DNA of 64,000 nt from an uncultured virus (IMG/VR IMGVR_UViG_3300029448_000002) (Duplodnaviria > Heunggongvirae > Uroviricota > Caudoviricetes): IMG/VR virus record IMGVR_UViG_3300029448_000002; one strand, given 5' to 3'. The position numbers and the translations under genes were made by a program. The notes beneath the pieces were generated by a model. The model had not been told where the DNA came from, did not search any database, and worked only from the letters and a program-made list of their open reading frames with translations. Shown piece by piece: positions 46,360 to 55,709 of this stretch; positions within the stretch are counted from its first letter, which is position 1, and each line of letters opens with the position of its first letter.

Positions 46360-47150
46360 TATTTTTTCCAAAGTTCTTCTAGTGTTGTTGGCACTCTTGT
46401 TCCACCTGCTTTTCCACAACGATCAACAATAATTTTTCTTTTTTGCTGAAATGCAGAGGCAATATCTGGGGAAAACCTTTGAAACTCTTCAAGAAGAATA
46501 GAAAAATATTTCGCAGTAAGACTACCATCGCCACCTGTTACGTCACTATGTCCAACGATAAGTTCTTTATCCCTACAAATCAGTTTACCGGATAAATGTG
46601 CTAGGATACAAACAATAGTCCCTGTTCCCCATCCATTACCCTTCCATTTGGGAAAGTCATTGTGTAAATCGGTAAAGTGTTTTAAGAACTTTTTATATTC
46701 TACAACAAGGTCTTTGTGGATTGCCAAACAGAAAAAATCACAAATAGTAGATGCCACAATACGTTCATCATCAAATGATGAATCAACGGATGTTTCTTCG
46801 ATGGTCCACCAACACTTATCTTTATTTGAATAGTCTGGAGCAAAAACACCTACGTTATCAACTGTTTGCAAAACCTCTTGAGTTCTTCTAACCAAGTGAG
46901 GATAGTCATCGTATTCGACATCACCAAAAATAATGTTTAAATAATCATTACTTTCATCAAATTGATTGAACGCTGTGTACGTTTGACCATAACACCAATA
47001 ATCGTCACCAACGTTCAGCCAGTCTTTTTGTTCTTCATCTGTAGAATTGATAACTGTGGCTTCAATGCCAGCCTCATTAAGTTGGGCGTACATTTTTTTG
47101 ACATCTTCGTTCACACGATTCCAGTTAAAAATAAATGTCTGTAACTTCAT
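46359..47150 (-). CDS. putative glycosyltransferase (GT-A-like)
   Basis: FIFNWN, GDV, VGVFAP, GWG; located in the GT cluster. Confidence 0.5.
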   Translation of the reverse strand: MKLQTFIFNWNRVNEDVKKMYAQLNEAGIEATVINSTDEEQKDWLNVGDDYWCYGQTYTAFNQFDESNDYLNIIFGDVEYDDYPHLVRRTQEVLQTVDNVGVFAPDYSNKDKCWWTIEETSVDSSFDDERIVASTICDFFCLAIHKDLVVEYKKFLKHFTDLHNDFPKWKGNGWGTGTIVCILAHLSGKLICRDKELIVGHSDVTGGDGSLTAKYFSILLEEFQRFSPDIASAFQQKRKIIVDRCGKAGGTRVPTTLEELWKK

Positions 47151-47157
47151 ATCTTCC

Positions 47158-48036
47158 TCATATTACTTTAAGTATTTGTTCAACCCTTGATTTGAAGGTA
47201 TGGTTGGTTTTGATCTCGTTGATTGAGTGTTCAAACATAATTTTCTGTTTGGTTTGATTCAAAGAAAGATACAAATCTACCAAGTCTTTTCCTTCTCCAT
47301 ATACCACCGAATCGTTTAGCAATTTTACTATGATTGAGGAATTAGTCAAACACAATTTTCCGTAACTTATGTTTTTGAAAAATCTACAAGGAATGTAATC
47401 ATTTTCTAATTGCCATTGTCCAACCAATGTCGGGGATACTTCTGACTCAAAAACAAGTTGTCTGTTCTTTTCGTGAGACACAGGATTTGACCAAGGATTA
47501 ATGTGATTGAAATGAAACCCGTGGGTTTTTAAACCATCAATAACTGGTTGTATTTTTGACAAGTTTCCAAATCTTGGACAGTTGTTTAGCGACCCAACCC
47601 AAACACATTTTTTTGAATTGTTTGAATAATAATTTACATCAATTTCATCTGGAAGAAGATCGGTTGCCCACGGCTGATACAATGTTTTTGAGTGATTATC
47701 AAATACAGTGTAGTCATTTATTTTTTCGCCAACTGATCCGGCAGAATTTGTGCCATTCGTATAAACTTGAAGTGACAGTCTCTTGTAGTTTTTGAATTCA
47801 TCTCTCATACAATTATGAGTGATATATTTATTACTTGGGTGTAGTGGGACTGTATTTTCGTAGTGGTTTGATACCATAACAATAGAGTCTTTGATATCTA
47901 CATCTTTTTCTGTCCCGTCGTAATGAACACTTTCCCAACCAAGACTTGCAAATGCTTTACAGTAAGAATCGTGAATGTAACTATATGTGTCTGTATGAAG
48001 TTTTACACCCCAAGCAACAAATTTTTTATTTTTCAC
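47158..48036 (-). CDS. putative glycosyltransferase
   Basis: HTDTYSYIH, YQPWATDLLP.EI, YIPCRFFKNISYG. Confidence 0.6.
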   Translation of the reverse strand: MKNKKFVAWGVKLHTDTYSYIHDSYCKAFASLGWESVHYDGTEKDVDIKDSIVMVSNHYENTVPLHPSNKYITHNCMRDEFKNYKRLSLQVYTNGTNSAGSVGEKINDYTVFDNHSKTLYQPWATDLLPDEIDVNYYSNNSKKCVWVGSLNNCPRFGNLSKIQPVIDGLKTHGFHFNHINPWSNPVSHEKNRQLVFESEVSPTLVGQWQLENDYIPCRFFKNISYGKLCLTNSSIIVKLLNDSVVYGEGKDLVDLYLSLNQTKQKIMFEHSINEIKTNHTFKSRVEQILKVI

Positions 48037-48797
48037 ATCACAACCCAATCATTGCAATAAACGTCTTGCCAATTTTCCGGTCCTTTTGGTCCAAACCAAT
48101 TTTTCGGAGCAACAGTTTTTCCACCACCAAGGTATGCACCCCACCAACTGAAACTACTGTTTGCGATGATGTGACCATTACACCAAGACATCAAACAAAG
48201 ATCAGTATATTGATCGTTGTCCATATACACAACATCGTCACTCAAAAAAGAAAGATTATCTTCACACCATTCAATGTCATCTGAAAAAACTACTGGTCTG
48301 TAGTTCTCAAATTCATCCATACCCTTTTCATAATATTCTAATGGTTGATTTGTATGGAAGTCTGAAAGATTTACATAATCTGTTCTTCTGATGTGGATTG
48401 AGACAAGAACACCATCCGGAAGTTTTTTTCCTGCCCTTTCACGAATCTCTTCTTTGAAGGTGAAGTTTGATTTCACTTCTGCCTCTGTGTTGTATTCGTC
48501 AAAGTATTTTGAAGATTGAAAATAACCAATGAGATCAATATTCATATGAGGATCTAGTCCGGTCGCATAAGACGGTGAGTAAGAAAAATCAGTTTCCTGT
48601 ATGAAGGACTGCGGACTCTCATTGACTTTATCTTCAACACTTCCTAATTCAAAACAGTCTTGTAAATTAGAGTTTGAGAGATTGGCAATCGGTTTGTGAC
48701 CAGTTTCATTTGCCAGACCCAGAAGAGATGCGTATTGAAACATCTGATTTCCCAGTCTTCCAAAGTTACCGATGTTGTTGTAACTAAGGTAAGCCAT
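48033..48797 (-). CDS. GT11 alpha-1,2-fucosyl/colitosyl transferase
   Basis: GRLGNQMFQYA, GYFQS, HIRRTDY, FSDD, IIANSSFSWWGAYL. Confidence 0.93.
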   Translation of the reverse strand: MAYLSYNNIGNFGRLGNQMFQYASLLGLANETGHKPIANLSNSNLQDCFELGSVEDKVNESPQSFIQETDFSYSPSYATGLDPHMNIDLIGYFQSSKYFDEYNTEAEVKSNFTFKEEIRERAGKKLPDGVLVSIHIRRTDYVNLSDFHTNQPLEYYEKGMDEFENYRPVVFSDDIEWCEDNLSFLSDDVVYMDNDQYTDLCLMSWCNGHIIANSSFSWWGAYLGGGKTVAPKNWFGPKGPENWQDVYCNDWVVM

Positions 48798-49459
48798 CAG
48801 ACCATCGTTCCCGTTGTAAATTTCTTTTTCATTGGAAGAGGATTTTTTGTTACCTGTTCCCATTTATTAAATGTGTTTTTAGAATCTGCCTGATAGAAAA
48901 AGGGAACGTGTGGTGTGAAGACATTATACATTTGTTGAATTTCATATGCAATACCAACATCAAATGGTCTACACATCTCATAGATCCATTTTTTACCAAA
49001 TAGAATAATGTCCTCTGACATATCTTTGCTCAGATGCAAAATTGCGTGAGTGGCATAGACTCTTTTAATTTTTGCAAAACCATCGTTGTTGTTGATAGCC
49101 TCAAAACTACCATCTCCAGTTGAAACTCCCAAGTAAATACAATCAGAATTTTCTGGAATTGGAAATTCTGCAACAAATGCTTCGGGATTTACTTCGACAT
49201 CATCCTCAAGAATCAAGACAGGCTCACCATCTGCTAGAATGGTTTCCTCAAGAATCTTGAAATGTGATTCTGCACAGTTGCGGTAGTGTTCCTCGCCGGG
49301 ACGCACACCTTCGTGCGGTGCAATACCTATCACAGCCGAGAATCTTTCGTGGTTGGTGAAACCAAGACCATCCAGAAGTTCATTCATCTGGCGAGCCTTT
49401 TCTTCATCCTTGTCTACATTAATCCAACGAGTCCTTACATTACGAAGATCAATTTGCAT
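48797..49459 (-). CDS. GT25-like glycosyltransferase
   Basis: WINVD, CAESH, LILEDD, ATHAIL. Confidence 0.7.
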   Translation of the reverse strand: MQIDLRNVRTRWINVDKDEEKARQMNELLDGLGFTNHERFSAVIGIAPHEGVRPGEEHYRNCAESHFKILEETILADGEPVLILEDDVEVNPEAFVAEFPIPENSDCIYLGVSTGDGSFEAINNNDGFAKIKRVYATHAILHLSKDMSEDIILFGKKWIYEMCRPFDVGIAYEIQQMYNVFTPHVPFFYQADSKNTFNKWEQVTKNPLPMKKKFTTGTMV

Positions 49460-49878
49460 CACTCCTCCTTGGGTGGTTTTCTTCCGATATGATACTTGGG
49501 AATCAGTTCCCATTCGTCTTTGTTCTTATGTGATAGTATCTTGATTTTTCGTAAAGATGCAAGTGGTTCTTCACATTTTTCTGTAGAAATAATTTCACAC
49601 AAGCCCCACTCAGCCACCAAGCCGATAATGGTATTTCGTCTTGCGATATCGTCCTCTGTCATTTTTGAAGGCAGTCCGTCAAGTGCGAACAGTTCCTTGA
49701 AATGGGTGATGTAGTATTTGCCTCGCTTGTGCAAAATGTGGCAAGACTGATACAACTTATTCCCTACCCTAGAGGAGACACCGATTCTTGTTAATGTTTC
49801 TTTGATCTTCAAGAAGTCTTGAGGGTCATCAAGACGCACCTCAACGAGACTTTCTACGATCTTCTCTGTGTCTTCCAT
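49459..49878 (-). CDS. regA: translational repressor RegA
   Basis: DFLKIKETLTRIG, LYQSCHILHKRGKYYITHFKELF. Confidence 0.97.
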   Translation of the reverse strand: MEDTEKIVESLVEVRLDDPQDFLKIKETLTRIGVSSRVGNKLYQSCHILHKRGKYYITHFKELFALDGLPSKMTEDDIARRNTIIGLVAEWGLCEIISTEKCEEPLASLRKIKILSHKNKDEWELIPKYHIGRKPPKEE

Positions 49879-49925
49879 ATTAACTCCATTACAGTTACAG
49901 ACGGATCACATTCCGTCGCAAGTAT

Positions 49926-50303
49926 TTAGGAGTTAGTGGTTTTGACGATATGCTGGTGGATCTCGTCGATCTGATCGTCCGATATCACCGACATTGCCTC
50001 TAGTGCTTTTTTGGTTCCAAGATTGTAGTAAAGTTTCACCGAATCCAATCGAGGATCGTTTTCGTTCTTCAACCACTTGCTGAATCGCTTGCGTTTTCGG
50101 ACAGAGTGGCGAAGATAATCAAACTGCATCTTTTTGTCTGCGTTCGGCAACAGATTCATCTCGTTGGCTTGCAGGATTGTATCCGGAAAGTAAGACAAAC
50201 AGCGATTGACCACGAAGGGAACGTATCCCTTCGCAGCCGTTTCATCCTCAAGAAGATTGTCCTTGGAATAATTAATCGCATTTAGGTAGTCGCCAAGTTT
50301 CAC
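49926..50303 (-). CDS. gp62: clamp loader small subunit gp62
   Basis: YVPFVVNRCLS, ANEMN, KRKRFSKW. Confidence 0.93.
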   Translation of the reverse strand: MKLGDYLNAINYSKDNLLEDETAAKGYVPFVVNRCLSYFPDTILQANEMNLLPNADKKMQFDYLRHSVRKRKRFSKWLKNENDPRLDSVKLYYNLGTKKALEAMSVISDDQIDEIHQHIVKTTNS

Positions 50304-51241
50304 TTGAACTCTGCCTCCATCATCATCTCCGTCAGGCAAGCCATCATATTGATTTCCGAGTCTGCGGCAAACGCAGCCTTATATTGATAGTTTGCAAGAA
50401 TTAGAATCACCGCTGGCACAGACTGAGGCTTGAGATAGTCACCAAGACCCTCATAGATTTTGCGATAGACTTCGGTTTCATCGTTGTCACCATTCTCTAC
50501 CACCCAACGACGCAACTTGGTAAACTCTTTGTTCTTAAGAATATCCATCAACGTCTGAACCCGAACATCTCCGATGTCCGACAGGATGCCGGTGTCAATA
50601 CAACCAGATGCAGAGTAACGCTGCACCTCATTCAAGATTCGTCGCCAGTCCGGAGCGTGTCGCTGAACCAGTTTGACGATGACTCGTTGATCGTATTCAA
50701 TGCCATTTTCATCAAGAATCTTAGACAGACGCACAAAGAACTTCGCGGACATCTTGTCCTTTTCTTCTTTGGTAAATCTAAACTCAATGTTGGTGCATCG
50801 TGAATGCAAAGGTTCAATGATACGATTCTTAAAATTACAAGTCAGAATGAAACGACAAGTCGCAGCAAACTCTTCAATGAACCCACGCAACGCAGGCTGA
50901 AAACTGTTTGCATTTGCATAGTCAAACTCATCAAGGATCACGACTTTCTTGCCGCCACCCAAGGATGCCGTGGATGCAAACTCACGAATCTTCGTTCGGA
51001 GCGTGTCAATATTACCATCTTCTGAACAGTTAATCTTCATCGCATCAATGCCCATCTCTGAACACATCGCTAGAGCCGCCGTGGTCTTGCCACAACCGGG
51101 ACCGCCAGAAAACATAAGATTCTGCATCTCACCAGAATCCACAATCGCTTGTAGATCCTTCTTCAAACTACTTGGAAGAATACACTCATCCACCGAACGC
51201 GGACGATACTTCTCACACCATAGGTATTGTTCTGCCATCAA
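50300..51241 (-). CDS. gp44: clamp loader large subunit gp44
   Basis: WCEKYRP, GPGCGKTT, LDEFD, PLHSRC. Confidence 0.97.
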   Translation of the reverse strand: MMAEQYLWCEKYRPRSVDECILPSSLKKDLQAIVDSGEMQNLMFSGGPGCGKTTAALAMCSEMGIDAMKINCSEDGNIDTLRTKIREFASTASLGGGKKVVILDEFDYANANSFQPALRGFIEEFAATCRFILTCNFKNRIIEPLHSRCTNIEFRFTKEEKDKMSAKFFVRLSKILDENGIEYDQRVIVKLVQRHAPDWRRILNEVQRYSASGCIDTGILSDIGDVRVQTLMDILKNKEFTKLRRWVVENGDNDETEVYRKIYEGLGDYLKPQSVPAVILILANYQYKAAFAADSEINMMACLTEMMMEAEFK

Positions 51242-51957
51242 AAGACTCCGTTGTATACTGAGTCAGATGTTACAGCAATCACATACCCCGCGTCAATATC
51301 TGCGTGTTGCAATTGAATGGCTAATTTATCACACAGAGAGATTTGATAGTCACCCGGAAGCAACTTCAAGTTTTCTGATTTGATGAAGATATTGAAAGAA
51401 CAGTTTTGATCCATATCTTTCGGTGTCACTTCAATATCATAACGGTTCGTTGAGTTCAACTTATCTTTATCAAAGGCAGAGATTTTCACCTTGCCGTCTT
51501 CGCTGCTGAACGCGATGTCAGGCAGTTGAAGAACAGACGCGGCTCGGAGCAGATCCGAAATCTCTTGCTGCGACAGGTCAAACACGACCCGCACATCGGG
51601 AAGATTGAAAGCACGCGGAGGACGGCATCCTTCAACAAGCCGTGTATCTGCATAGTGATACTTACAGGATTGTCTTCCGCTTTGAATCACGCAGTGGCTT
51701 TCACCAAAGACAATCTCTGCATCAGAGAACAAAGAAAAAGTTGAAAGAAACTGGTTCAGATCCCAGATCGCAAACTCATTCTTGAAAGTTTCACTAACCT
51801 TCGCATTGAACATAATATTCTTACCGGGAGAAACAGAAACCAGTTCGTTTCCGGGCAAGATGTGAATGTTGGAGTTGATACCTGCCATACTTTTTAGAAT
51901 GGACACGGTTTGTTTAGACAATTTCATAGATGTAGATTCCTTAACTGTGGTCGTCAT
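51238..51957 (-). CDS. gp45: sliding clamp gp45
   Basis: MKLSKQT..LK..IN, FAIWDLNQFL, ENLKLLPGDY. Confidence 0.93.
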   Translation of the reverse strand: MTTTVKESTSMKLSKQTVSILKSMAGINSNIHILPGNELVSVSPGKNIMFNAKVSETFKNEFAIWDLNQFLSTFSLFSDAEIVFGESHCVIQSGRQSCKYHYADTRLVEGCRPPRAFNLPDVRVVFDLSQQEISDLLRAASVLQLPDIAFSSEDGKVKISAFDKDKLNSTNRYDIEVTPKDMDQNCSFNIFIKSENLKLLPGDYQISLCDKLAIQLQHADIDAGYVIAVTSDSVYNGVF

Positions 51958-52123
51958 AATAATCCTCTAGGTCTTCAATGTCAATCTTTCCACTCCGCAT
52001 ATTGCGAATAACTTTCTGATCGGTGCTTCGCATAGAACGCTTGGCACTAAACTTCTCACCACGGTCGCGTCCGCCGAAGTTCTTGCGATCATTGTTTTTC
52101 TTGTTGTGCTTCTTCTTTTTCAT
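51941..52123 (-). CDS. small basic hypothetical protein
   Basis: ORF overlapping both neighbours. Confidence 0.45.
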   Translation of the reverse strand: MKKKKHNKKNNDRKNFGGRDRGEKFSAKRSMRSTDQKVIRNMRSGKIDIEDLEDYYDDHS

Positions 52124-52496
52124 TTTCTGCAATCTTTCTAAAATTCTCCTTTAGTTCCTGAAACTCAGGTTGATGCTCAGTATACTCCGAAATCAGTGAT
52201 GACACAAGGGCATCTAGGACTTCAATTAGTTTTTTACGTTTTTCATCTGTGAGCCAAGAATATTTCTTTGCAATTTCTTCGTCTTCATCAACGCGATGAA
52301 GTTCAGCAAACGGTTCTGTGAATACATTTTGCAAAAAATCAATCTGCTCCAGATCAAGAGTTCTTTTTGAAATGACGCTCTCGAAGTCTGGCATCACAAA
52401 CTTTTTATTATCAATAATAGTCTTGAAAGATTTATCAATCATATCAGACAATTCGTTTACCACATCCTCGACGTATGCGACTCTTTTATCATCCAT
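52089..52496 (-). CDS. hypothetical protein
   Basis: ORF, TAATG coupling. Confidence 0.6.
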   Translation of the reverse strand: MDDKRVAYVEDVVNELSDMIDKSFKTIIDNKKFVMPDFESVISKRTLDLEQIDFLQNVFTEPFAELHRVDEDEEIAKKYSWLTDEKRKKLIEVLDALVSSLISEYTEHQPEFQELKENFRKIAENEKEEAQQEKQ

Positions 52497-53503
52497 TATT
52501 TGTTTACCTTTTTGTATGCCTTGTAGGCTGTGTGAATAATTTCACGAAGATTGTATGCAGGCTCCCAGCCAGATGCCTCACGAAACTTTGTGGAGTCTGC
52601 AATCAGAACGGGCGGATCACCCTTGCGACGGTTCGCGTGGACAATCTCAATCTCTTCTTCTGTTACCGACACACAAGACTTAATGACTTCCCATACAGAG
52701 TTGCCCTTCTTTGTTCCAAGATTATAGACACCTTTGATCTTTGGGTTTTGCAGTGCAAGAAGATGAGCCGAGGCTAGATCGGTCGGATGCACATAATCAC
52801 GAATGCACGATCCGTCTTCGGTGTCATAGTCTGTTCCAAAGACGCTGACTGAACCCTTTCCTGTAATCACGTTGCCCAAAACTTTGGGAACAAGATTGCC
52901 CTTTGTCTTCCAGTGGATATCTTGAACTCTGTTTTGAATATCGTTTCCTGCTACGTTGAAAAAGCGGAAGGAAACATATCGGAAGTTCGGGTGGGTAAGA
53001 GCGTGCTTCCGAAGAATCGTTTCCACCATCAACTTTGATTCACCGTATGCGTTGATCGGTTGACACAAAGTTTTTTCTGAGATTAGTTCTTTGCCTTTTT
53101 GATCACCATAGACCGCAGCGGTTGACGCAAACAAGAACACATTGATATTGTTCTTCTTCATCCGATGCAAAAGGTTGATTGTTTTGGCTGTGTTGTTTTC
53201 GTAATACTTGAGTGGATTATCTACCGACTCAGGCACAGAGATATACGCTGCACAGTGACACACCGCTCCGACATCGTGGTTCTTGAAGATGCCATCCATA
53301 TACACATCGTTGGTGATGTCTGCGTTGTATACCTTCAAACGCTTTCGGCGGCTCTGTCTTTTGATCAGATAGTCACAGGCAACTTTGTCTTTGTCAACGA
53401 CCACAACTTCGTATCCTGCGTCAAGCATTCCAAGAACAATGTGGCTTCCAATGTATCCGGCTCCGCCAGTTACAACGATAGTCTTCGACTTGTCAATTTT
53501 CAT
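52496..53503 (-). CDS. galE: UDP-glucose 4-epimerase
   Basis: TGGAGYIGSH, VPESV..PLKYY.NN, YGESK, RFFNVAG, CIRDYVH. Confidence 0.93.
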   Translation of the reverse strand: MKIDKSKTIVVTGGAGYIGSHIVLGMLDAGYEVVVVDKDKVACDYLIKRQSRRKRLKVYNADITNDVYMDGIFKNHDVGAVCHCAAYISVPESVDNPLKYYENNTAKTINLLHRMKKNNINVFLFASTAAVYGDQKGKELISEKTLCQPINAYGESKLMVETILRKHALTHPNFRYVSFRFFNVAGNDIQNRVQDIHWKTKGNLVPKVLGNVITGKGSVSVFGTDYDTEDGSCIRDYVHPTDLASAHLLALQNPKIKGVYNLGTKKGNSVWEVIKSCVSVTEEEIEIVHANRRKGDPPVLIADSTKFREASGWEPAYNLREIIHTAYKAYKKVNK

Positions 53504-53505
53504 TC

Positions 53506-54039
53506 TTACTCCCACCAAGTAGGTGTTTCACGATTCTTCCATTTTGCAAAGTAAGCCTTCTCTCCACGATAGTAATTACGATATGATTCAACAGGGCATT
53601 CTACCTTGTATTGGTCAGGCATTGCAACTGCAAATTTCGTAAGTTTTCCTGTAGGAATGTTTTGTGGTTCCCGATTGAAAAGATATTCAATCAAAGATTG
53701 TGCCTTGTGAGTCTTTTGATACCGATAGGTATACTCACGGCAGAGAGCCAGAGCGTGAGTCGCGTGCCAACGATAGTTCATTTGGCTTGCCATCGTCCAC
53801 TGTGTGCAGGGATGACCGACAAAGGATGCTTTCCAAAGTTTATCTTCACGCTCGTCGCTCAGTCGCCAACGCTTGATGCGTCTGTTGTTTTTTGTTTTGT
53901 CGTAATACTCGTCGCCGTCAAGGACGCGATGAGAAGTGGACAGCATTTGTCCTGCTTCCAGAATCATTTTTACAACGTGCTTGTCCACCATTTGATGAGC
54001 CGCACGAATAGGATGTTCGTCGATTGCAAAGATGTTCAT
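53506..54039 (-). CDS. pyrimidine-dimer DNA glycosylase/endonuclease V-like protein
   Basis: MNIF, DKHVVKMILE.GQMLST, HPCT.W, EYTYRY.KTH, AMPD, YRNYY. Confidence 0.8.
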   Translation of the reverse strand: MNIFAIDEHPIRAAHQMVDKHVVKMILEAGQMLSTSHRVLDGDEYYDKTKNNRRIKRWRLSDEREDKLWKASFVGHPCTQWTMASQMNYRWHATHALALCREYTYRYQKTHKAQSLIEYLFNREPQNIPTGKLTKFAVAMPDQYKVECPVESYRNYYRGEKAYFAKWKNRETPTWWE

Positions 54040-54045
54040 AGAAGC

Positions 54046-54073
54046 ACTCTACCATTCGTTTCCTTCCTGTCAA
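54046..54073 (-). promoter_or_regulatory. sigma70-like promoter TTGACA-N16-TAGAGT
   Basis: Directly upstream of ATG 54039; TG-extended -10. Confidence 0.65.
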
Positions 54074-54675
54074 GGTCTTTTTACGTTGACCCCTTTGGGG
54101 TTTCCTAAAATAATTTTAAGAATTTTGTTTCCGCCGATGTTTCGGTAATACCAACCATCGTAGCCGGGATACTTTCCGTTTGGATTTTCTCCGACAAACT
54201 TGAATGTCTTGCCCGGAAGAAGTTTTTGAATACTTTCTTCGTCCCCAACAAAGGGAACTTTTTTTCTCGTAATCAAAACGTGTGCCAGACCATCGCTTGC
54301 TTCGACATAGTTGCCAGAAGTTTTCATCAATTTACCAACTTTATTTATAAGAAACTTCTTGGCTGCGTCTGAACCGTCTGATGCCGCACCTGTTAGTTTA
54401 TAGTTTCCTGCCTTTGTCTTACCAAAGGTTGTGATGTCAGCATCAGGATCTTTGTCTACATCAGCGGCAAACCAGTCGGTATGATTGTCTGGAAGATCAG
54501 AAGGTTTCTTGAAGTCGGGATATCCACCAATGTTTTTATATGTCTTGTCAATCATATCAAAAACATTTTGTGTAATATCATTGTTCTGCCCCAAAAGATT
54601 TGTTGGCAGTTTGATAAATTTTCTATTTGGAAGTTTGATCTCTTCTTCTAAAAACTTTCTGAATGACTTCATCAT
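54070..54675 (-). CDS. putative internal head protein
   Basis: MKSFRKFLEEE N-terminus. Confidence 0.6.
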   Translation of the reverse strand: MMKSFRKFLEEEIKLPNRKFIKLPTNLLGQNNDITQNVFDMIDKTYKNIGGYPDFKKPSDLPDNHTDWFAADVDKDPDADITTFGKTKAGNYKLTGAASDGSDAAKKFLINKVGKLMKTSGNYVEASDGLAHVLITRKKVPFVGDEESIQKLLPGKTFKFVGENPNGKYPGYDGWYYRNIGGNKILKIILGNPKGVNVKRP

Positions 54676-55709
54676 CTCACCTTTGCGTAGGGGGGTCTTA
54701 CATCAATATCTCCTCGTTGAAGAAGAGTTGCTGCAAGTTTATCTTCGGTCGAATCTGCATCAATCACAGGCATCTGGTTTCTTGGTGGCGCACCAGCCGG
54801 AGGAGTCTTTGACTGAATGAACTTGAGTCTTCTCGCAAGTTCGGGTTCTCCTCCAATGCTCTCCAACCAAGCCATTGCTTTGTTGCGATTGTAAAACTTT
54901 GAATTCATATTTTTACCATCTGTGATTGCGTCCATCGCATCTTTCACAGAGGCATCGTAGATGTTCACATCACCACCGGCAGGCTCACCGCGTCTTTTGT
55001 TTCCAAAGGCATCACCCAAGGAACGAAGCACAGGAACCAGATCGCCAATACCAAGATCAACTTCGGTTCCAAAAATCTTTGCCTTTGGTTCTGCCAACAA
55101 AGTGGCAGCCCAACGATGGTGTCCGTCGAGAATATGATTGTCACCAGAAACCATTGATCCTAAATTACCACCTTTGACTCCACCGATAGCCATACCAAGA
55201 GCCTTGCCAAGATAGATTGCAGACTGGGATGGTTTCAATCGATTTGCACTCCAGCCTCTAAACTTTGTACCTACCATATCGTCGCCATCCGATCCATCCA
55301 TCTGTCCTTTTTTCTGAAAGATGTTTTTGATTCTTCCACGAAGGGGATTTGGAAACTCAGAGACATCAATCTCTTTTGTTGCCATTTCTGAAACAACTCT
55401 TTTATTCAGTCTCATTGGTTGTGACTCACCTTCAACTGCATCTCTTCCAAACGGATAAAATAATGGATCGTAGAACCTCCGCTTGAAAGGATTATATTTG
55501 TCAGGAAGATTACGAATACCGAAAGGATCTAAGTAGGGAATTCGTGGATCTTCAGGGTAATCAGGAGCCACTGGTTCAGGGATCACAGGCATACCCGGAT
55601 CTCCGGGTTTTGGAGTCGTACTAGGATCACTTCCCATTGGACCCATTGGCATAAATGGTATAATGTTAATGGGAACATTTGCTTCATCTACACGTTTTTC
55701 GAGCCTCAT
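54672..55709 (-). CDS. ParB/Srx-like domain protein with Pro-rich N-terminus
   Basis: LKPSQ..ILDGHHRWAA. Confidence 0.7.
   Translation of the reverse strand: MRLEKRVDEANVPINIIPFMPMGPMGSDPSTTPKPGDPGMPVIPEPVAPDYPEDPRIPYLDPFGIRNLPDKYNPFKRRFYDPLFYPFGRDAVEGESQPMRLNKRVVSEMATKEIDVSEFPNPLRGRIKNIFQKKGQMDGSDGDDMVGTKFRGWSANRLKPSQSAIYLGKALGMAIGGVKGGNLGSMVSGDNHILDGHHRWAATLLAEPKAKIFGTEVDLGIGDLVPVLRSLGDAFGNKRRGEPAGGDVNIYDASVKDAMDAITDGKNMNSKFYNRNKAMAWLESIGGEPELARRLKFIQSKTPPAGAPPRNQMPVIDADSTEDKLAATLLQRGDIDVRPPYAKVR

Noticed and set aside
42743..49459. Glycosyltransferases as T4-style DNA glucosylation system
   Set aside because: No dCMP hydroxymethylase or alpha/beta-glucosyltransferase recognised, the GT families are glycan/protein-type, and restriction-site avoidance argues against blanket DNA protection; not fully excluded
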